A stretch of DNA of 64,000 nucleotides from an uncultured Planctomycetaceae bacterium (GTDB taxonomy: Bacteria; Planctomycetota; Planctomycetia; Pirellulales; PALSA-1355): the NCBI GenBank assembly GCA_963785305.1, contig CAWAUV010000007.1, positions 224,001 to 288,000 on the forward strand, read 5' to 3'. The notes under the pieces are model-generated. The model had not been told where the DNA came from, ran no database searches, and saw nothing but the letters and a program-made list of their open reading frames with translations. The position numbers and the translations under genes were made by a program. This document shows, in pieces, positions 18,065 to 32,133 of the stretch (position 1 is the stretch's first letter; each line of letters begins with the position of its first letter).

Positions 18065-19237
18065 GTAACTGTTAAGCATTTCCTCTTTCCCGAAATTGGG
18101 TTTTCGGTCACATTGACTGGATCATGAATGATCGAGATCGACGGATCGCCGAGTTGGAAGCGGAAATCGCCCGGTTGCAGGCGGAGAACGGAACGCTGCG
18201 CAAGCGCGTCGAGCAACTCGAGCAGCAAGTCCAAAAGTTTTTGCAGCGGCGCAAGAAAACCCGCTCGGCCGCCGATGCGCGGCGTGGCGAACAGGATCGC
18301 CGCCGCAAGCAGTTTCGCAAACATCCGGGCAGCTTTCGTCCAGAGCCGCCGCCCGGCCCAGCGCATATCGAAATACATAGTATTCATCGAACATGACGTG
18401 CATCCGCGAGAGTGTCCGCATTGCGGCGGCCACGATCTGACCGCCACCGGCGAGTTCGAAGAGCATGAGATGGCGGAGATTCCAGAGCCCAAGCTCGAAT
18501 GGTCATCGCAATCGGGCCGTGCTCGAGCGAGCGTTGGGCACATCGTTCGCGGGCACGCTGGTCAGCGATTTTTATGCGGTCTACAACCGGCTCGACTGCC
18601 GCAAACAGCGCTGCTTGGTCCATTTGCTTCGCGAGTTGCACAAGCTGCGCGAGACGTTGCCGGCGGCGAGCGTGCGGGCCTTCATCCAGCCGTTGATCAC
18701 GCTGTTTCAAGACGCGATCCGGTTGGGCCACGAGCGCAAGTCGCTCGGCAAAAAAGCTTTCAACGCGGCCCGACACGAGATTCAAAACCGTTTCGACACG
18801 TTGATGCTCGAGACGCGCGTGCGGCATCGCGAATGTTTGCGAATCTGGCGCCGGCTGTTCAAGCACTGCGACGAATTGTTCACCTTCCTCGACGATGCGA
18901 ATGTTCCGGCCGACAACAACGGAACCGAACGCGACATCCGAAGCCTGGCGGCGGCGAGAAATGATGGCGGCACGCATCGGACCGAATGGAGCGCGGCGGC
19001 GTTCGCCCGAATCAAGAGCGTGATCGCGACCGGCGCGAAAAACGGTTTGAGCTTCGCAAGGTATGGAATCGAAGTCGTGCGCGCTAAATTGCAAGGCAAG
19101 ACCCTGCCGCTGCCGATCACCAATAGCAGTTAAACCATCCGCCACGCGACCCATCCCCGGAAATTCCTCGCCCGCGATCCCCGCCAATATCGCCACCGCC
19201 CCCCCACGCCCAGGCCACGCCACGGCTTAACAGTTAC
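18065..19237 (+). mobile_element. IS66-family element, internally deleted (copy 2)
   Basis: Same GTAACTGTTAAGC IRs; near-identical to 1722-2895, including the broken TnpC. Confidence 0.9.
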
Positions 19238-19442
19238 ATACGAATGGCATGATGCCCAGGGCCGCTGGTTCCGGTCCCATGGAAACGAGTTGTGGGAATT
19301 CGACGAAACCGGCCTGATGCGCCGCCGCGAAGCATCGATCAACGACATCCCGATCTCCGCCGCCGACCGCCGCTTTCACTGGCCCGCCCCGGGCCCAAGA
19401 CCCGCCGATAATGCGGGCATCGACCCGGAGAGCGTTTGTTGA
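19238..19442 (+). pseudogene. 3' half of a DUF1348 (SnoaL-like) gene truncated by IS66
   Basis: [39 protein letters not shown]. Confidence 0.8.
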
Positions 19443-19516
19443 GGTCGTTGCTCAGCCTGAAATGCCCGCGGCGAAACCGCGCGGCACCGCGTCTCGGGCG
19501 CGTTGTCGGGGCGTGG

Positions 19517-20569
19517 TTATTGCGCGTGCCCACGGTGCATGGTGATCGTGGTGGGCGCGGCGCGGAAAGCGAGCGTTTCCATCTGGGCGGGGTGGCCGAG
19601 CACCATCATGGTGTCGCCCATCTGCAGGATCGTCTCCGGTGGCGGCTCGCGGAGCATCGTGCCATCGAACCGATGGACGGCGATGATCAGATAGCCGCCA
19701 TGGCTTCCGCTTTCAATGCGGCCGATCTTCTGGCCGATCAGGCGGCTGGTCTTGCCGATCACATGTTCCTGAAGTTTGAGCCCCAGTTGTTCGAGCTCGT
19801 CGTTGAGAACCTGCCGACCCACGTCTTGCATCAGCAGCTCCTCGGCCGCCGGCCGGGCGATGAGGCTCGCGATCTTGGTGGCGCCGATCGCCGTGGGCAT
19901 TACCACGCGGCTGGCCCCCGAGCGGAGCAGCTTCTTTTCGGTGGCCGGGTTCTCGGCGCGGGCAATGATTTGCACCGTGGCGTTAAGCTCCCGCGCGGTC
20001 AGGGTGAGAAATACATTGGCGGCGTCGTCGGAGAGCACGCTGGCCACGGAACGCGCTCGCTCGATGCCGGCCCGCTTCAGCACCTCTTCGTCGGTGCAAT
20101 CGCCGACCATGACCAAATATCCCTGCTCCTCGGCCTCGCGGAGCGATTCGAGATTCGAGTCGATGATGACGAACTTTTGGCCAAACGCGAGCAGCTCCTT
20201 GGCGAGCTGTTGCCCCACGCGCCCGTAGCCGCAGAGAAGTGTGTGGCCGGTGAGTAGATGAATTCCCTTGGTCATGCGACGCGCTCCCAACACCCGATTG
20301 ATTTGCCCCTCGGCCAACATTTGCACGAATCCGCCAATGACATAGGCGGTGGAAGAACATCCGGCGACGATCACGAACATGGTGAACACGCGGAGCCGCG
20401 GGCTCATCTCGCCGACTTCGCCGAAACCGACGCCGAAGATCGTGATCGTGGTCATGTAAATGGCGTCGAGCGTCGACCATCCCGCCGACCAATACCCCGT
20501 GATCGCAATCAGCCAAGTGAGGCCGAAAAAGATCAGACCTCGCAGCATCGTTTTGAACGAGCTTTGCAT
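19517..20569 (-). CDS. Two-TM potassium channel with TrkA-N/TrkA-C (RCK) domains
   Basis: Pore TIFGVGFGE, CGYGRVG Rossmann motif, C-terminal RCK_C. Confidence 0.92.
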   Translation of the reverse strand: MQSSFKTMLRGLIFFGLTWLIAITGYWSAGWSTLDAIYMTTITIFGVGFGEVGEMSPRLRVFTMFVIVAGCSSTAYVIGGFVQMLAEGQINRVLGARRMTKGIHLLTGHTLLCGYGRVGQQLAKELLAFGQKFVIIDSNLESLREAEEQGYLVMVGDCTDEEVLKRAGIERARSVASVLSDDAANVFLTLTARELNATVQIIARAENPATEKKLLRSGASRVVMPTAIGATKIASLIARPAAEELLMQDVGRQVLNDELEQLGLKLQEHVIGKTSRLIGQKIGRIESGSHGGYLIIAVHRFDGTMLREPPPETILQMGDTMMVLGHPAQMETLAFRAAPTTITMHRGHAQ

Positions 20570-21136
20570 AGTGCTCCGCGCGACCTCGACTTCGCCGCGC
20601 GGTAAAACGCGCGGGACGAACCCAAAAGCCTGAAACGCCGGCGCTGCCGCGAATCGTGCTCGCGGAAAACGTCCGACGACCTTGTTTCAACCGTACGATC
20701 TCCCTGCGTTTCGGCGCCGAAAGCAGGGACCGATCGGGTCGCCGCGGGGAACTTTTCCGAGCCGTGCCTCGTCCAAAGCGCTCGGAAAAGCGTTGTAGCG
20801 ATCGATTGCGAGCCTTGCATCTCGCGGTATCCAGCCTATCCCGGCGCCGCCGGGGAGTAAAGCGGCGCCGGAGGGCCAGCGGAAAACCGCAGTCAAAACG
20901 ACCGGAGATCCATTGTAACTCAACGCAAAATGCGTCGCCCGCGGTGAGCGGTCGGTGAGCGATTGGCGGCGGGACGGAGTTGGGCGTTCTTGCATGCCCG
21001 GCGAATGTGGAAGATGATAGAGCATTCGGGCGAATGCTTGGCGCCCGTCGGGCATTGTTTCCGCCGCATCGCGCCGCGGCGCGGCCCGACGATCGTTTCC
21101 CCACGCGCGCCCCAACCGCGCCGATCGCTGATTTCT

Positions 21137-24100
21137 ATGGCCGACCATTTTGACGCATACTACAAATGGCTCGGAATTCCCCCCGAGGAGCAGCCGCCGA
21201 ACCATTATCGGCTGCTCGGAGTGCGGACATTCGAGGCCGATATCGACGTCATCGCCAACGCGGCCGACCAGCGAATGACGCATGTTCGCACGTTTCAATC
21301 GGGCAAGCACGGCGCTCAATCGCAAAGCCTGCTCAACGAGATTTCAGCGGCGAAGCTGGCGCGATTGCATGCCGGCCGGAAAGCCGAGTACGACGTGAAA
21401 CTGCGAGGCCAACTCGCCGCCGCGGCGCCGCCGCAAATCTCCCCGCCGAACTCATGGCCGACCAGTCCTCCAGCGGTGGGCCCTCCGCCGGCAGTCATGG
21501 CCCCGCCTGGATTCATGGCGCCCGGAAGCATGGCCCCTCCCCGCGGAATCGCGCCGCCGCCGGGTCCATCGCCCATGGCGCGCCCCGTCGCTTATCCAGC
21601 GCCCGTGCAAGCGCCGCTGGGTCGCGCGCCGATCGTGACCGCCGCTCGGGCAATGCCCGCCGTGTCGACGGAGTCCGACGCGAACTTCGCCGAGTTGGGA
21701 CAAATCCAAGCCGACTCGATGCGCCGCCGGACGCGGCGAAAGAAAAAATCACCGCTCGGGCTCGTGTTCGTCATGCTCCTACTTGCCGCGGGCGCTGGCG
21801 CCGGCGCGTGGTGGTTCCTCGGCCAAAAGCCAATCGATTCGGCTTCGAGCGACTCCGGCGACTCAAAGCCCAAGCCCGGCGAGCCCACCGAGACAGAGCG
21901 AGCCGCCGCCGCGAGCGAAAAGGTCGCCGCGTCGCGAGAACCCGAGGCCGAAGCCTCCGGCGCCGGGGAAAGCCATCGAACGAACTCGGCTTCCGGCGGC
22001 GACGCGGAGAACCCCTCGCCCGAAAAGAAAACCGCCGAGGCAGTTCCCTCCGCGACGTCTCACGACGCCGCGGCCGCGCTGCTCGAGTATCTCAAAACCG
22101 TGGTCACGCGCGAGAACTTCGAGTCGACGGCGATCGTCGGCGCCGAGGAAGGCGATCACTTTAGCGACATTCATCGCGGGGCGATCCTGGTCGGAATGGA
22201 TTTGTATTTCGCGACGGAAAACGTGGATCGCCCCACATTATGTGGCGTGGCGGGCATTTTTCTCGGCGAAAAAGGAACGGTCTCGGGCCGGTTGCATGGC
22301 GCTACCGGCAACGCTCAAAAGAAAGCCAAATCGATCGCGCGGCCCGGCTATGCGCTGGCGGCCATCGATCTCGTCGCCAATGTCGAGCGCGTGGCGGCGA
22401 TTCAGCTCGAGTATCGTCAGATTGGCGATCGGACATTGAACCGGCAAAACGCCTACCGCTCCGTATGGCTGGGTGACGCCACGGGCGGCACGCCGACAAA
22501 ACTGGGCGGCGATGGTCGACCCGTGATCGGGCTCGCCGGATCGGCCGACGCGATGGGGCTCTACGGTCTCGGGCTCGTGTTGCCGCCCAAGCTGAAACCG
22601 GCCGACGAAAAAGCGCCTCGCAAAACACCCGGCGCCGAGAAATCGACTCGCCCCGCGGACAATAAAAACCCGACACCGCCCGGCAAAACCGAGACGAAAT
22701 CGGCGGCGATGAAACCAGCCTCGGCGAACGAAATTCCGGTGCTGGAGCCTCCGACGCCGACCTCTTCATTTACCGCCGCCCGGCGCGGCCGAATTGCCGC
22801 GGCCCGCGCCGCCCGGGTCCGAGGAGCGAGCCGAGGCGCTCAAGCGGATTCACGAATTGCTGAAAGTGCAATACGCCGAAGCCCGTTCCTCGGCGGCCGC
22901 CAAGAATCCCCAAAGCGATAAGCGCTTGGCCTTGGCCCAAAAACTGCGCGCGAGGCCGAGCTTACTCAAGACGACTCCACGATGCGCTATGTGCTCCAAG
23001 ACGAAGCTCGCAAGCAGATGATCGCGGCGGGCGATTCATCCCTGGCCATCGACATGATCGCCGCGATCTCCCAACATTACATGATCGACGAAGTTCCGTT
23101 GGCGCTCGAAACGCTCACCGCCTGCGAGAAAACGGCGCCTTCGCCCAGCGCCAAGATCCATCTGACCGAACAATGCCTGCACTGGCTCGACAAGGCCGTG
23201 CATCAGGGGCGGTTCGATGTCGCCGAGCAGTTCGAATCGCTCGCGGCCGAATCGGCCCGGGCCAGTCACGATAACCTGCTCGTGGCCCGAGTCGGCTGGC
23301 GGAAAGCCGCGCTCGCCAACCAGCGCCGCGCGCGACGAGGCCCAGGGGGCGATCATGCTTCTGGAGACCTCGCCCGACGATCCCGGAGCCAACACCGCCG
23401 CAGGCCGATATCGCGCGTTTGTCGAAGACGATTGGGCCGCCGCCTTGCCGATGTTGGCCAAGGGCGCGGATCCTCGACTGGCCGCGCTGGCGAAGGCCGA
23501 ACTGGACGAGCCAATCGAGCCGGCCGATCGTCTCAAGCTCGCCAATGGCTGGCTCGCCGCGGCTCAATCCGACGACCACTTCGCCGCCGAGTGCAAGCAA
23601 GAAGCCGGCAAATGGTTCCGGCTCGCGCTGCCGGAGTTGGCCGGCGTCACCCGGCTCGAAGTCGTCAAGAAGCTCGAGGGTCTGCTCGGCGAGCACGGAC
23701 TCACGGCCGAATACTTCGCCGGCTCGGCGTCGTTTGACCAGCCACTGCGCGTGGGCGTTGATCCGGCGATCGACATGAACTACGAAGCGTCGCTGCCCGA
23801 GGAAGTTTCGAGCAATCGATTCACCGCGCGCTGGTCGGGCTGGCTCGCCGCGCCGCCCAAGGCCGGCCAAGTGGCCCTCGTGCTGGAACACAACGCCGGC
23901 GCCCGGCTCTGGATCGATGGCAAGCTGGTGATCGACGCTTGGCAAGAGCCCGCGCGCATGAGTGCATCACCCAGTTTCCCGGCGGCAAGGCGCGGCGGCT
24001 GAAGATCGAATACTTCTCGGCCGGCGGAAAACATCCCGGCGTGCGACTGCGCGGTCGCAACGCGACGCGTTTGCCGAGCAGCCGATCGGGCCCGAAGCGC

Positions 24101-24145
24101 TCTACCAAGAACGCGCCGCCGGCGACAAAATCTATGCTCCGCTAA
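21137..24145 (+). CDS. Large planctomycete membrane-anchored protein with a C-terminal PA14-like domain (several frameshifts)
   Basis: N-terminus FDAYYKWLGIPPEEQPPNHYRLLG, Pro-rich linker, TM helix, later GLTAEYF..FTARWSGWL..GARLWIDGKLVIDAW. Confidence 0.6.
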
Positions 24146-24226
24146 GCGTGCCGCTCGCCGGCCGCTGATTGTCATGTCGAGCGACCGAGCAAACAACCGC
24201 GCGAGCCTGCAACCGCGCCGTGCCCG

Positions 24227-24822
24227 ATGGACTTTCCGCCCGTGTCGCACGAACTGATTCTCGCCAGCACCTCGACCGAGCGGCGGCGGCTATTGACCGA
24301 AGCCGGCTACCGCTTCACGATCGTGCCGCCCGCGGCCGGCGCCGAGTGTGGGGTGTGCAGCCGCGAGGCGCCCCCGCAATTCGCCGCGCGCATGGCCTAT
24401 CAAAAAGCGGCCGATGTCGCGGCCCGCGTCGAGCGGGGAATCATTCTTGCTTGCGACACCGTGGCCGAATGCGCGGGCCATGTTCTCGGCAAGCCAGCCG
24501 ATTCCGAGCATGCCCGCTGGATGCTCGAACTTCTCAGCGGGCGAGAGCACTATGTGCATAGCGGCCTGTGCCTCTGGCCTCGCCCAGGCGAGCCGCTTGG
24601 TCGCATCGCCACGAGCACGCTTCGCATGGCCCCGCTCGGCGCGGCGAGATCGACGCGTATCTCGCCACCGGCCTGTGGGAAGGCAAGGCCGGCGCCTTCG
24701 GCTTGCAAGACCGCCCAACTTGGCTGAAGATCGAATCCGGCAGCGAATCGAACGTGATCGGGCTGCCCTTGGAACTATTGGCCGAGATGCTCGCGGAAAT
24801 GCCTGGAAAGCCATGTCGATAA
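24227..24822 (+). CDS. maf: Maf-family nucleotide pyrophosphatase (frameshift near 24640)
   Basis: LILASTSTERRRLL, ACDTV, VLGKPAD, WEGKAGAFG, SNVIGLP. Confidence 0.85.
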
Positions 24823-24862
24823 GACCGGCTCTTCCGTTTCCAAATGCAAGGCGCGAAGGGGC

Positions 24863-24966
24863 GCTTTCCGCTTCCAACTCGACTATCCGTCGATCTCGAT
24901 CATCCATGATCCCGTGAACGTGACCGAAAACTCGAAAACGGAAAAGAGGAATCGCTTAACGGTCAC
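24863..24966 (-). mobile_element. Diverged left-end fragment of the same IS66 family
   Basis: GTGACCGTTAAGC end and MDDRDRRIVELEAE start, similar to 2790-2895. Confidence 0.75.
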
Positions 24967-25291
24967 GGAGTAGCAGGCGGCAGCGCGGCATTGGAAACAA
25001 TGGCCAGCCTGGCTTGCGTTGTACCCTCTTCTTTCTTCTTCGTGTCAATCGACAGCGACGCGGATTACGCGCGAGCCGGGCGATGATTTTCTAGCGCCGT
25101 TTGTGAGCCAGGGCGAAGAATCTTGGACCCGTCGGGCGCAAGCTAAATCGCCGGGCCGGAGTTCATGTCCGGAGCCCTCGCGAACGTGTCGGGTTGTGAA
25201 CGAGGCGGGGTGGGGCGGCGCCTTTCATCACAACCCGAAGCTGTCGCGGCGTTGACTGACGCCGGCGCGCTTCGCACTGGCCCGCGCGGAT

Positions 25292-25717
25292 TTATCGCAC
25301 GCGCCGCGGATAATCCACCGGGGCGAGGAACCAATGGCGAACCGACGCGATCAGGCGACGCCATGCGCTGGGCGGCGTCGCGTACTTCGAGGTCCCGGCG
25401 GTTGCCGGCGGATCGGCAAACCATGTCGGGGTGGAAATTGACATTGGCTTTTGGGGCGTCGCGGCGACCTTGGCGTCGGCGACGAACTGGCGGAAGTCGT
25501 ATCGCAGGCTCACGCGCGGACCATCGTTCGAGAGGCCGGACACGTCGCGGAAGCGATATTCGGCCAAGCGGCCGACGCGCTCGGTTTCCTCGGGCAGGAG
25601 GATTTCTACCGTGTCGCAGCGCATCCGCACTCGCAACGCTTCGCCCGGCGTGACCGAGAGGATCGAACGCCATCCATCGCCCGGCCCGCCGATGAGCTCT
25701 AGTTGGAAATGTAACAT
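25292..25717 (-). CDS. Hypothetical protein
   Basis: ATG with upstream GAGG; LELIGGPGDG motif; no family recognised. Confidence 0.45.
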   Translation of the reverse strand: MLHFQLELIGGPGDGWRSILSVTPGEALRVRMRCDTVEILLPEETERVGRLAEYRFRDVSGLSNDGPRVSLRYDFRQFVADAKVAATPQKPMSISTPTWFADPPATAGTSKYATPPSAWRRLIASVRHWFLAPVDYPRRVR

Positions 25718-25875
25718 CGGAATACCTCGTCCACGGAAACGACGACGACGCCCGGCGGTGTCTCCGGCGGTTGGGCGGACCGAATCGCGGGGCGAGGGCT
25801 TTCGCCGCATCGCGCTCGGAGGCGGAATCCAATACTCCGCTGCCCTCGCCTACGTGTCGGGTCGGGATTGCGTGC

Positions 25876-26439
25876 TCACTCGTCGCGTTCGAGCGCCAAG
25901 TTGAGCGCCAGCACATTCACGCGCGGCTCGCCCAACAGGCCCAGGGCGCGGGACTCCGTGAATTGTTCGATTAGCTTCTCCACGGCCGCGGGGTCCATGT
26001 GCCTTGCCCGGGCCACGCGCGGAATCTGATATCGCGCCGAGGCGATGCTGATATGCGGATCGAGACCCGAGCCCGAGGCGGTCACCAGATCGACGGGCGC
26101 CGGCGCGGTGTTTTCCGGATCGGCCGCGCGGAGCGCCGCGAGCCGGCTATTCACGACCTCGATCAGCGCCGGATTCGTGGGGCCGAGGTTCGAGCCGCTG
26201 GAGGAAGCCGCGTTGTAACCTGCCGCCGAGGGGCGACCCCAGAAAAACCTCGGGTCGTCGAACGTTTGGCCGATCAACTCCGAGCCGACAATGTGGCCCT
26301 GGCGGTCTTCAATCAAACTGCCGTTGGCTTGTTTGGGAAACAAAAGCTGACCGATCCCCGTGATGGCCGCGGGATAGACCAGCCCCGTGATGAGCGTGAG
26401 CAACATGAAGATCATCAGTGCGGGACGCAGATGCGTCAT
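25876..26439 (-). CDS. kdpC: K+-transporting ATPase subunit C
   Basis: [39 protein letters not shown]. Confidence 0.97.
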   Translation of the reverse strand: MTHLRPALMIFMLLTLITGLVYPAAITGIGQLLFPKQANGSLIEDRQGHIVGSELIGQTFDDPRFFWGRPSAAGYNAASSSGSNLGPTNPALIEVVNSRLAALRAADPENTAPAPVDLVTASGSGLDPHISIASARYQIPRVARARHMDPAAVEKLIEQFTESRALGLLGEPRVNVLALNLALERDE

Positions 26440-26460
26440 GATCGATACTCCTCCGAGGAA

Positions 26461-28527
<2,067 letters not shown>

Positions 28528-28553
28528 GACGAAGTTGTCCTTAATAAGTCGGG

Positions 28554-30368
28554 TTATTTCGATGGCGCGGCCACGGGATGCTCGGATTCCGAGGGGCCGG
28601 CCGTCATTTGCAATTGTTCCACCACCGGCCCCAAGGCCAGCGCGGGAATGAAGGTGAGCGCGCCCACGATCACGACCATGCCGGCGAGCATCAACACGAA
28701 CAGCGGCCGGTGCGTCGGCAATGTGCCGGAGCTGGGCGGCGTGAGCTTCTTCCGCGCGAGAGCTCCCGCGATGGCCAAGGTGGGAATCGCCACCCAGAAG
28801 CGCGAGAGCAACATCTCGATTCCGAGCAGCGTGTTGTAAAACGGCGCATTGGCCGTGAGTCCGGCGAAGGCGCTGCCGTTGTTGTTGCCGGCCGACGAAC
28901 AGGCGTAGAGCACCTCGGTGAATCCGTGGGCGCCGGGATTGTTGAGGTTGCTTTTCATCTCGGTCGTGTCGGGCGCGCGATATTCGAGGCCGGGACCGAC
29001 CACGGCGATGGCCGTCGCTCCGAGCGAAAGCAGCGGCGGCACGAGGATAATGATCGCCGCCATTTTCATTTCGTAGGCTTCGATCTTCTTGCCCAAGTAT
29101 TCGGGAGTGCGGCCGACCATGAGTCCGGCGATGAACACGGTGATGATCGCGAAGACGAGCATTCCGTAGAGCCCGCTGCCGACGCCGCCGAAGATGATCT
29201 CCTCGAACTGGATCAACCACAGTGGCACGAGGCCGCCGATCGGAGTGAAGGAATCGTGCATCGAGTTGACGCTGCCGTTCGAAGCGGCCGTGGTGGCGGT
29301 GGCCCACAGGGCCGAGTTCACGATCCCGAACCGGGTTTCCTTGCCTTCCATGTTTCCGCCGGGCTGCGTGGGGCTGGCGGTTTGATCGATCTGGGCCGGG
29401 TCGAGCCGCGGATTGCCGGATTGCTCGGCCCAGACGCACACGCCCAAGAGCGGCGTGAAAATCAAATACATGACGGCCAGCACTGCCCATCCTTGACGGG
29501 TGTCGCCCACCATGACGCCAAACGTGTAGCACAGCGCCGCGGGAATCAGCAGAATCGCGAGCATTTCCAGGAAGTTGCTCAGCGGCGTGGGATTCTCGAA
29601 CGGATGGGCCGAGTTGACATTGAAAAACCCGCCGCCGTTGGTCCCGAGTTGCTTGATCGCCACCTGCGAAGCCACCGGACCCTGGGCGAGAGTCTGTTCG
29701 CTCACGATCGCTCCGGTCGCGTCTTTGGTCGGCGCGATCAGCCGGGCCGTGTCGTAGTCCTTGAAGTTCTGCGGCACGCCCTGCTGCATGAGCGCCAGCG
29801 CCAAGAGCGTCGAAAGCGGCAGCAGAATATAGAGCGTTGATCGGGTAAGATCGACCCAGAAGTTGCCGATCGTCTCGGCCGACCTTCGGGCGAGTCCTCG
29901 CGCGAAGGCCGCGAGAATGGCGATGCCAGCCGCCGCCGACACGAAGTTTTGCGTGGTCAGCGCCATCATTTGGTTCAGGTAACTGAGCGTCGACTCGCCG
30001 CCATAGCTTTGCCAGTTCGTGTTCGTGGCGAAGCTGCTGCTGGTGTTAAACGCCAAGTCGGGCGAGCAGCCCGGAAAATGCCGCGGATTGAGTAGCCCCA
30101 CGCCCTGCAACCGCTGCATGCCATACACCGCCAACAGGCACACGAAGCTGAACGTCATAAACGCCACGGCGTAGCGCTTCCAGCCCATCTCGCGCTGGGG
30201 ATCGATGCCCGCCGCGCGATAAATGCCCTGCTCGAGCCAGCCCAAGAGCCGCTCGACGCCCGGAGCGCGGCCTTCGAGCACCCGGGCCATGTACGCGCCG
30301 AGCGGCTTCACGAGCAAGCCGAGCACGATCAAATAGAAAGCAAGTTGAACAAACGCATTGATGGTCAT
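28554..30368 (-). CDS. kdpA: K+-transporting ATPase subunit A
   Basis: TNTNWQSYGGE, LGTNGGGFF, SNGSVNSMHDS, NNNGSAFAGL. Confidence 0.97.
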   Translation of the reverse strand: MTINAFVQLAFYLIVLGLLVKPLGAYMARVLEGRAPGVERLLGWLEQGIYRAAGIDPQREMGWKRYAVAFMTFSFVCLLAVYGMQRLQGVGLLNPRHFPGCSPDLAFNTSSSFATNTNWQSYGGESTLSYLNQMMALTTQNFVSAAAGIAILAAFARGLARRSAETIGNFWVDLTRSTLYILLPLSTLLALALMQQGVPQNFKDYDTARLIAPTKDATGAIVSEQTLAQGPVASQVAIKQLGTNGGGFFNVNSAHPFENPTPLSNFLEMLAILLIPAALCYTFGVMVGDTRQGWAVLAVMYLIFTPLLGVCVWAEQSGNPRLDPAQIDQTASPTQPGGNMEGKETRFGIVNSALWATATTAASNGSVNSMHDSFTPIGGLVPLWLIQFEEIIFGGVGSGLYGMLVFAIITVFIAGLMVGRTPEYLGKKIEAYEMKMAAIIILVPPLLSLGATAIAVVGPGLEYRAPDTTEMKSNLNNPGAHGFTEVLYACSSAGNNNGSAFAGLTANAPFYNTLLGIEMLLSRFWVAIPTLAIAGALARKKLTPPSSGTLPTHRPLFVLMLAGMVVIVGALTFIPALALGPVVEQLQMTAGPSESEHPVAAPSK

Positions 30369-30457
30369 GCAAACCACTCCGGCTCGAGCAGGGCAACGAG
30401 CAAATAAGCAAAGAGTCCCGCGGCAACGGTGGCCGAACACAAATACACGCCGTTCAT
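30365..30457 (-). CDS. kdpF: KdpF small subunit (30 aa)
   Basis: MNGVYLCSATVAAGLFAYLLVALLEPEWFA; YL..AL..PE.F signature; ATGA overlap with kdpA. Confidence 0.9.
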   Translation of the reverse strand: MNGVYLCSATVAAGLFAYLLVALLEPEWFA

Positions 30458-30546
30458 GGCGCCCCTCCCAATCGACTGCAAAGACGCACCAGGCCGAGCG
30501 AGAGCGCGAACGTCGCGATCAAGAGGCCGAGGTAAACAAGATCCAT
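30454..30546 (-). CDS. Second 30-aa membrane peptide upstream of kdpF
   Basis: MDLVYLGLLIATFALSLGLVRLCSRLGGAP; GGGAG RBS; ATGA overlap with kdpF. Confidence 0.75.
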   Translation of the reverse strand: MDLVYLGLLIATFALSLGLVRLCSRLGGAP

Positions 30547-30623
30547 GGTCAGTGCTCCCGTAAAATTCGATTCGTGTTCGGCCGAAATTCGGCCGCCGCT
30601 CGCGATCGGCGCCGGCGATTCCG

Positions 30624-31157
<534 letters not shown>

Positions 31158-31311
31158 GGCGGAATTCGGAGGCTGGCGGGCGGCGCTGCCCGTGGGGCGA
31201 GGCTTGTCGGGCGACCCGATTTGCGTCAGGATTGACATCTAACCGCAATCGCGGGAACCGCTTGCGCATGGCGCGAAGCGTCCCGTGAAATGTCGCCAGC
31301 ACCGAGGATCC

Positions 31312-32025
31312 ATGAGCCACGACCCCACCGATCAATCGCTTTGGACCGCCGTCGATCAATACATCTCGGAGCGAGCCGTGCGTCCCGACGCCGCGCTCGA
31401 CGCCGCATTGGCCGATAGCGCCGCCGCTGGATTGCCGGCCATCAATGTCGCGCCGAACCAAGGCAAGCTCTTGATGCTGCTCGCCCGACTTTGCGGCGCG
31501 CGCTCGATTCTTGAAATCGGAACGCTCGGCGGCTACAGCACGATTTGGCTGGCCCGAGGGCTCGCGCCGGGCGGTCGCCTCACGACGCTCGAAGCCGAAG
31601 CGCGGCATGCCGAAGTGGCGAGAGCGAATATCGAGCGGGCGGGCTTGTCGCCCGTGGTCGAACTGCGACTGGGACCCGCCTTGGAAACATTGCCGAGATT
31701 GGCCGAGGAAGGGCGGGGACCGTTTGATTTCATTTTCATCGACGCCGACAAACCGCCGACCGCCGATTACTTCGATTGGGCGATTCGGCTCGCGCGGCCG
31801 GGCAGCTTGATCGTGGTCGACAATGTAGTTCGCCGCGGAGCGATTGCCCGCGACCCGGCGAGCCTAGGACCGGACATCTCGGCCGAGGAGCAGGCCAACG
31901 TCGCGGGCGTGAAGCGCTTCCATGAGCTGCTCGCGACCGATTCGCGCGTGACCGCCACGGCGATCCAAACCGTGGGCCAAAAGGGCTACGATGGTCTGGC
32001 GCTCGCGATCGTCAACGGCGCTTGA
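31312..32025 (+). CDS. O-methyltransferase (Methyltransf_3 type)
   Basis: LEIGTLGGYSTIW, FIFIDADK, IVVDNVVRRG, KGYDG. Confidence 0.93.
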   Translation: MSHDPTDQSLWTAVDQYISERAVRPDAALDAALADSAAAGLPAINVAPNQGKLLMLLARLCGARSILEIGTLGGYSTIWLARGLAPGGRLTTLEAEARHAEVARANIERAGLSPVVELRLGPALETLPRLAEEGRGPFDFIFIDADKPPTADYFDWAIRLARPGSLIVVDNVVRRGAIARDPASLGPDISAEEQANVAGVKRFHELLATDSRVTATAIQTVGQKGYDGLALAIVNGA

Positions 32026-32133
32026 GGCCGCGGCGATCGTGCTTTGTCATAGCGTCAAATTAGGGCGCAGGCCCACGCAAGCGTGGGCATGTCTTATTGC
32101 GCACGCTAATTCAAATTATGCGGTGACGATGCG

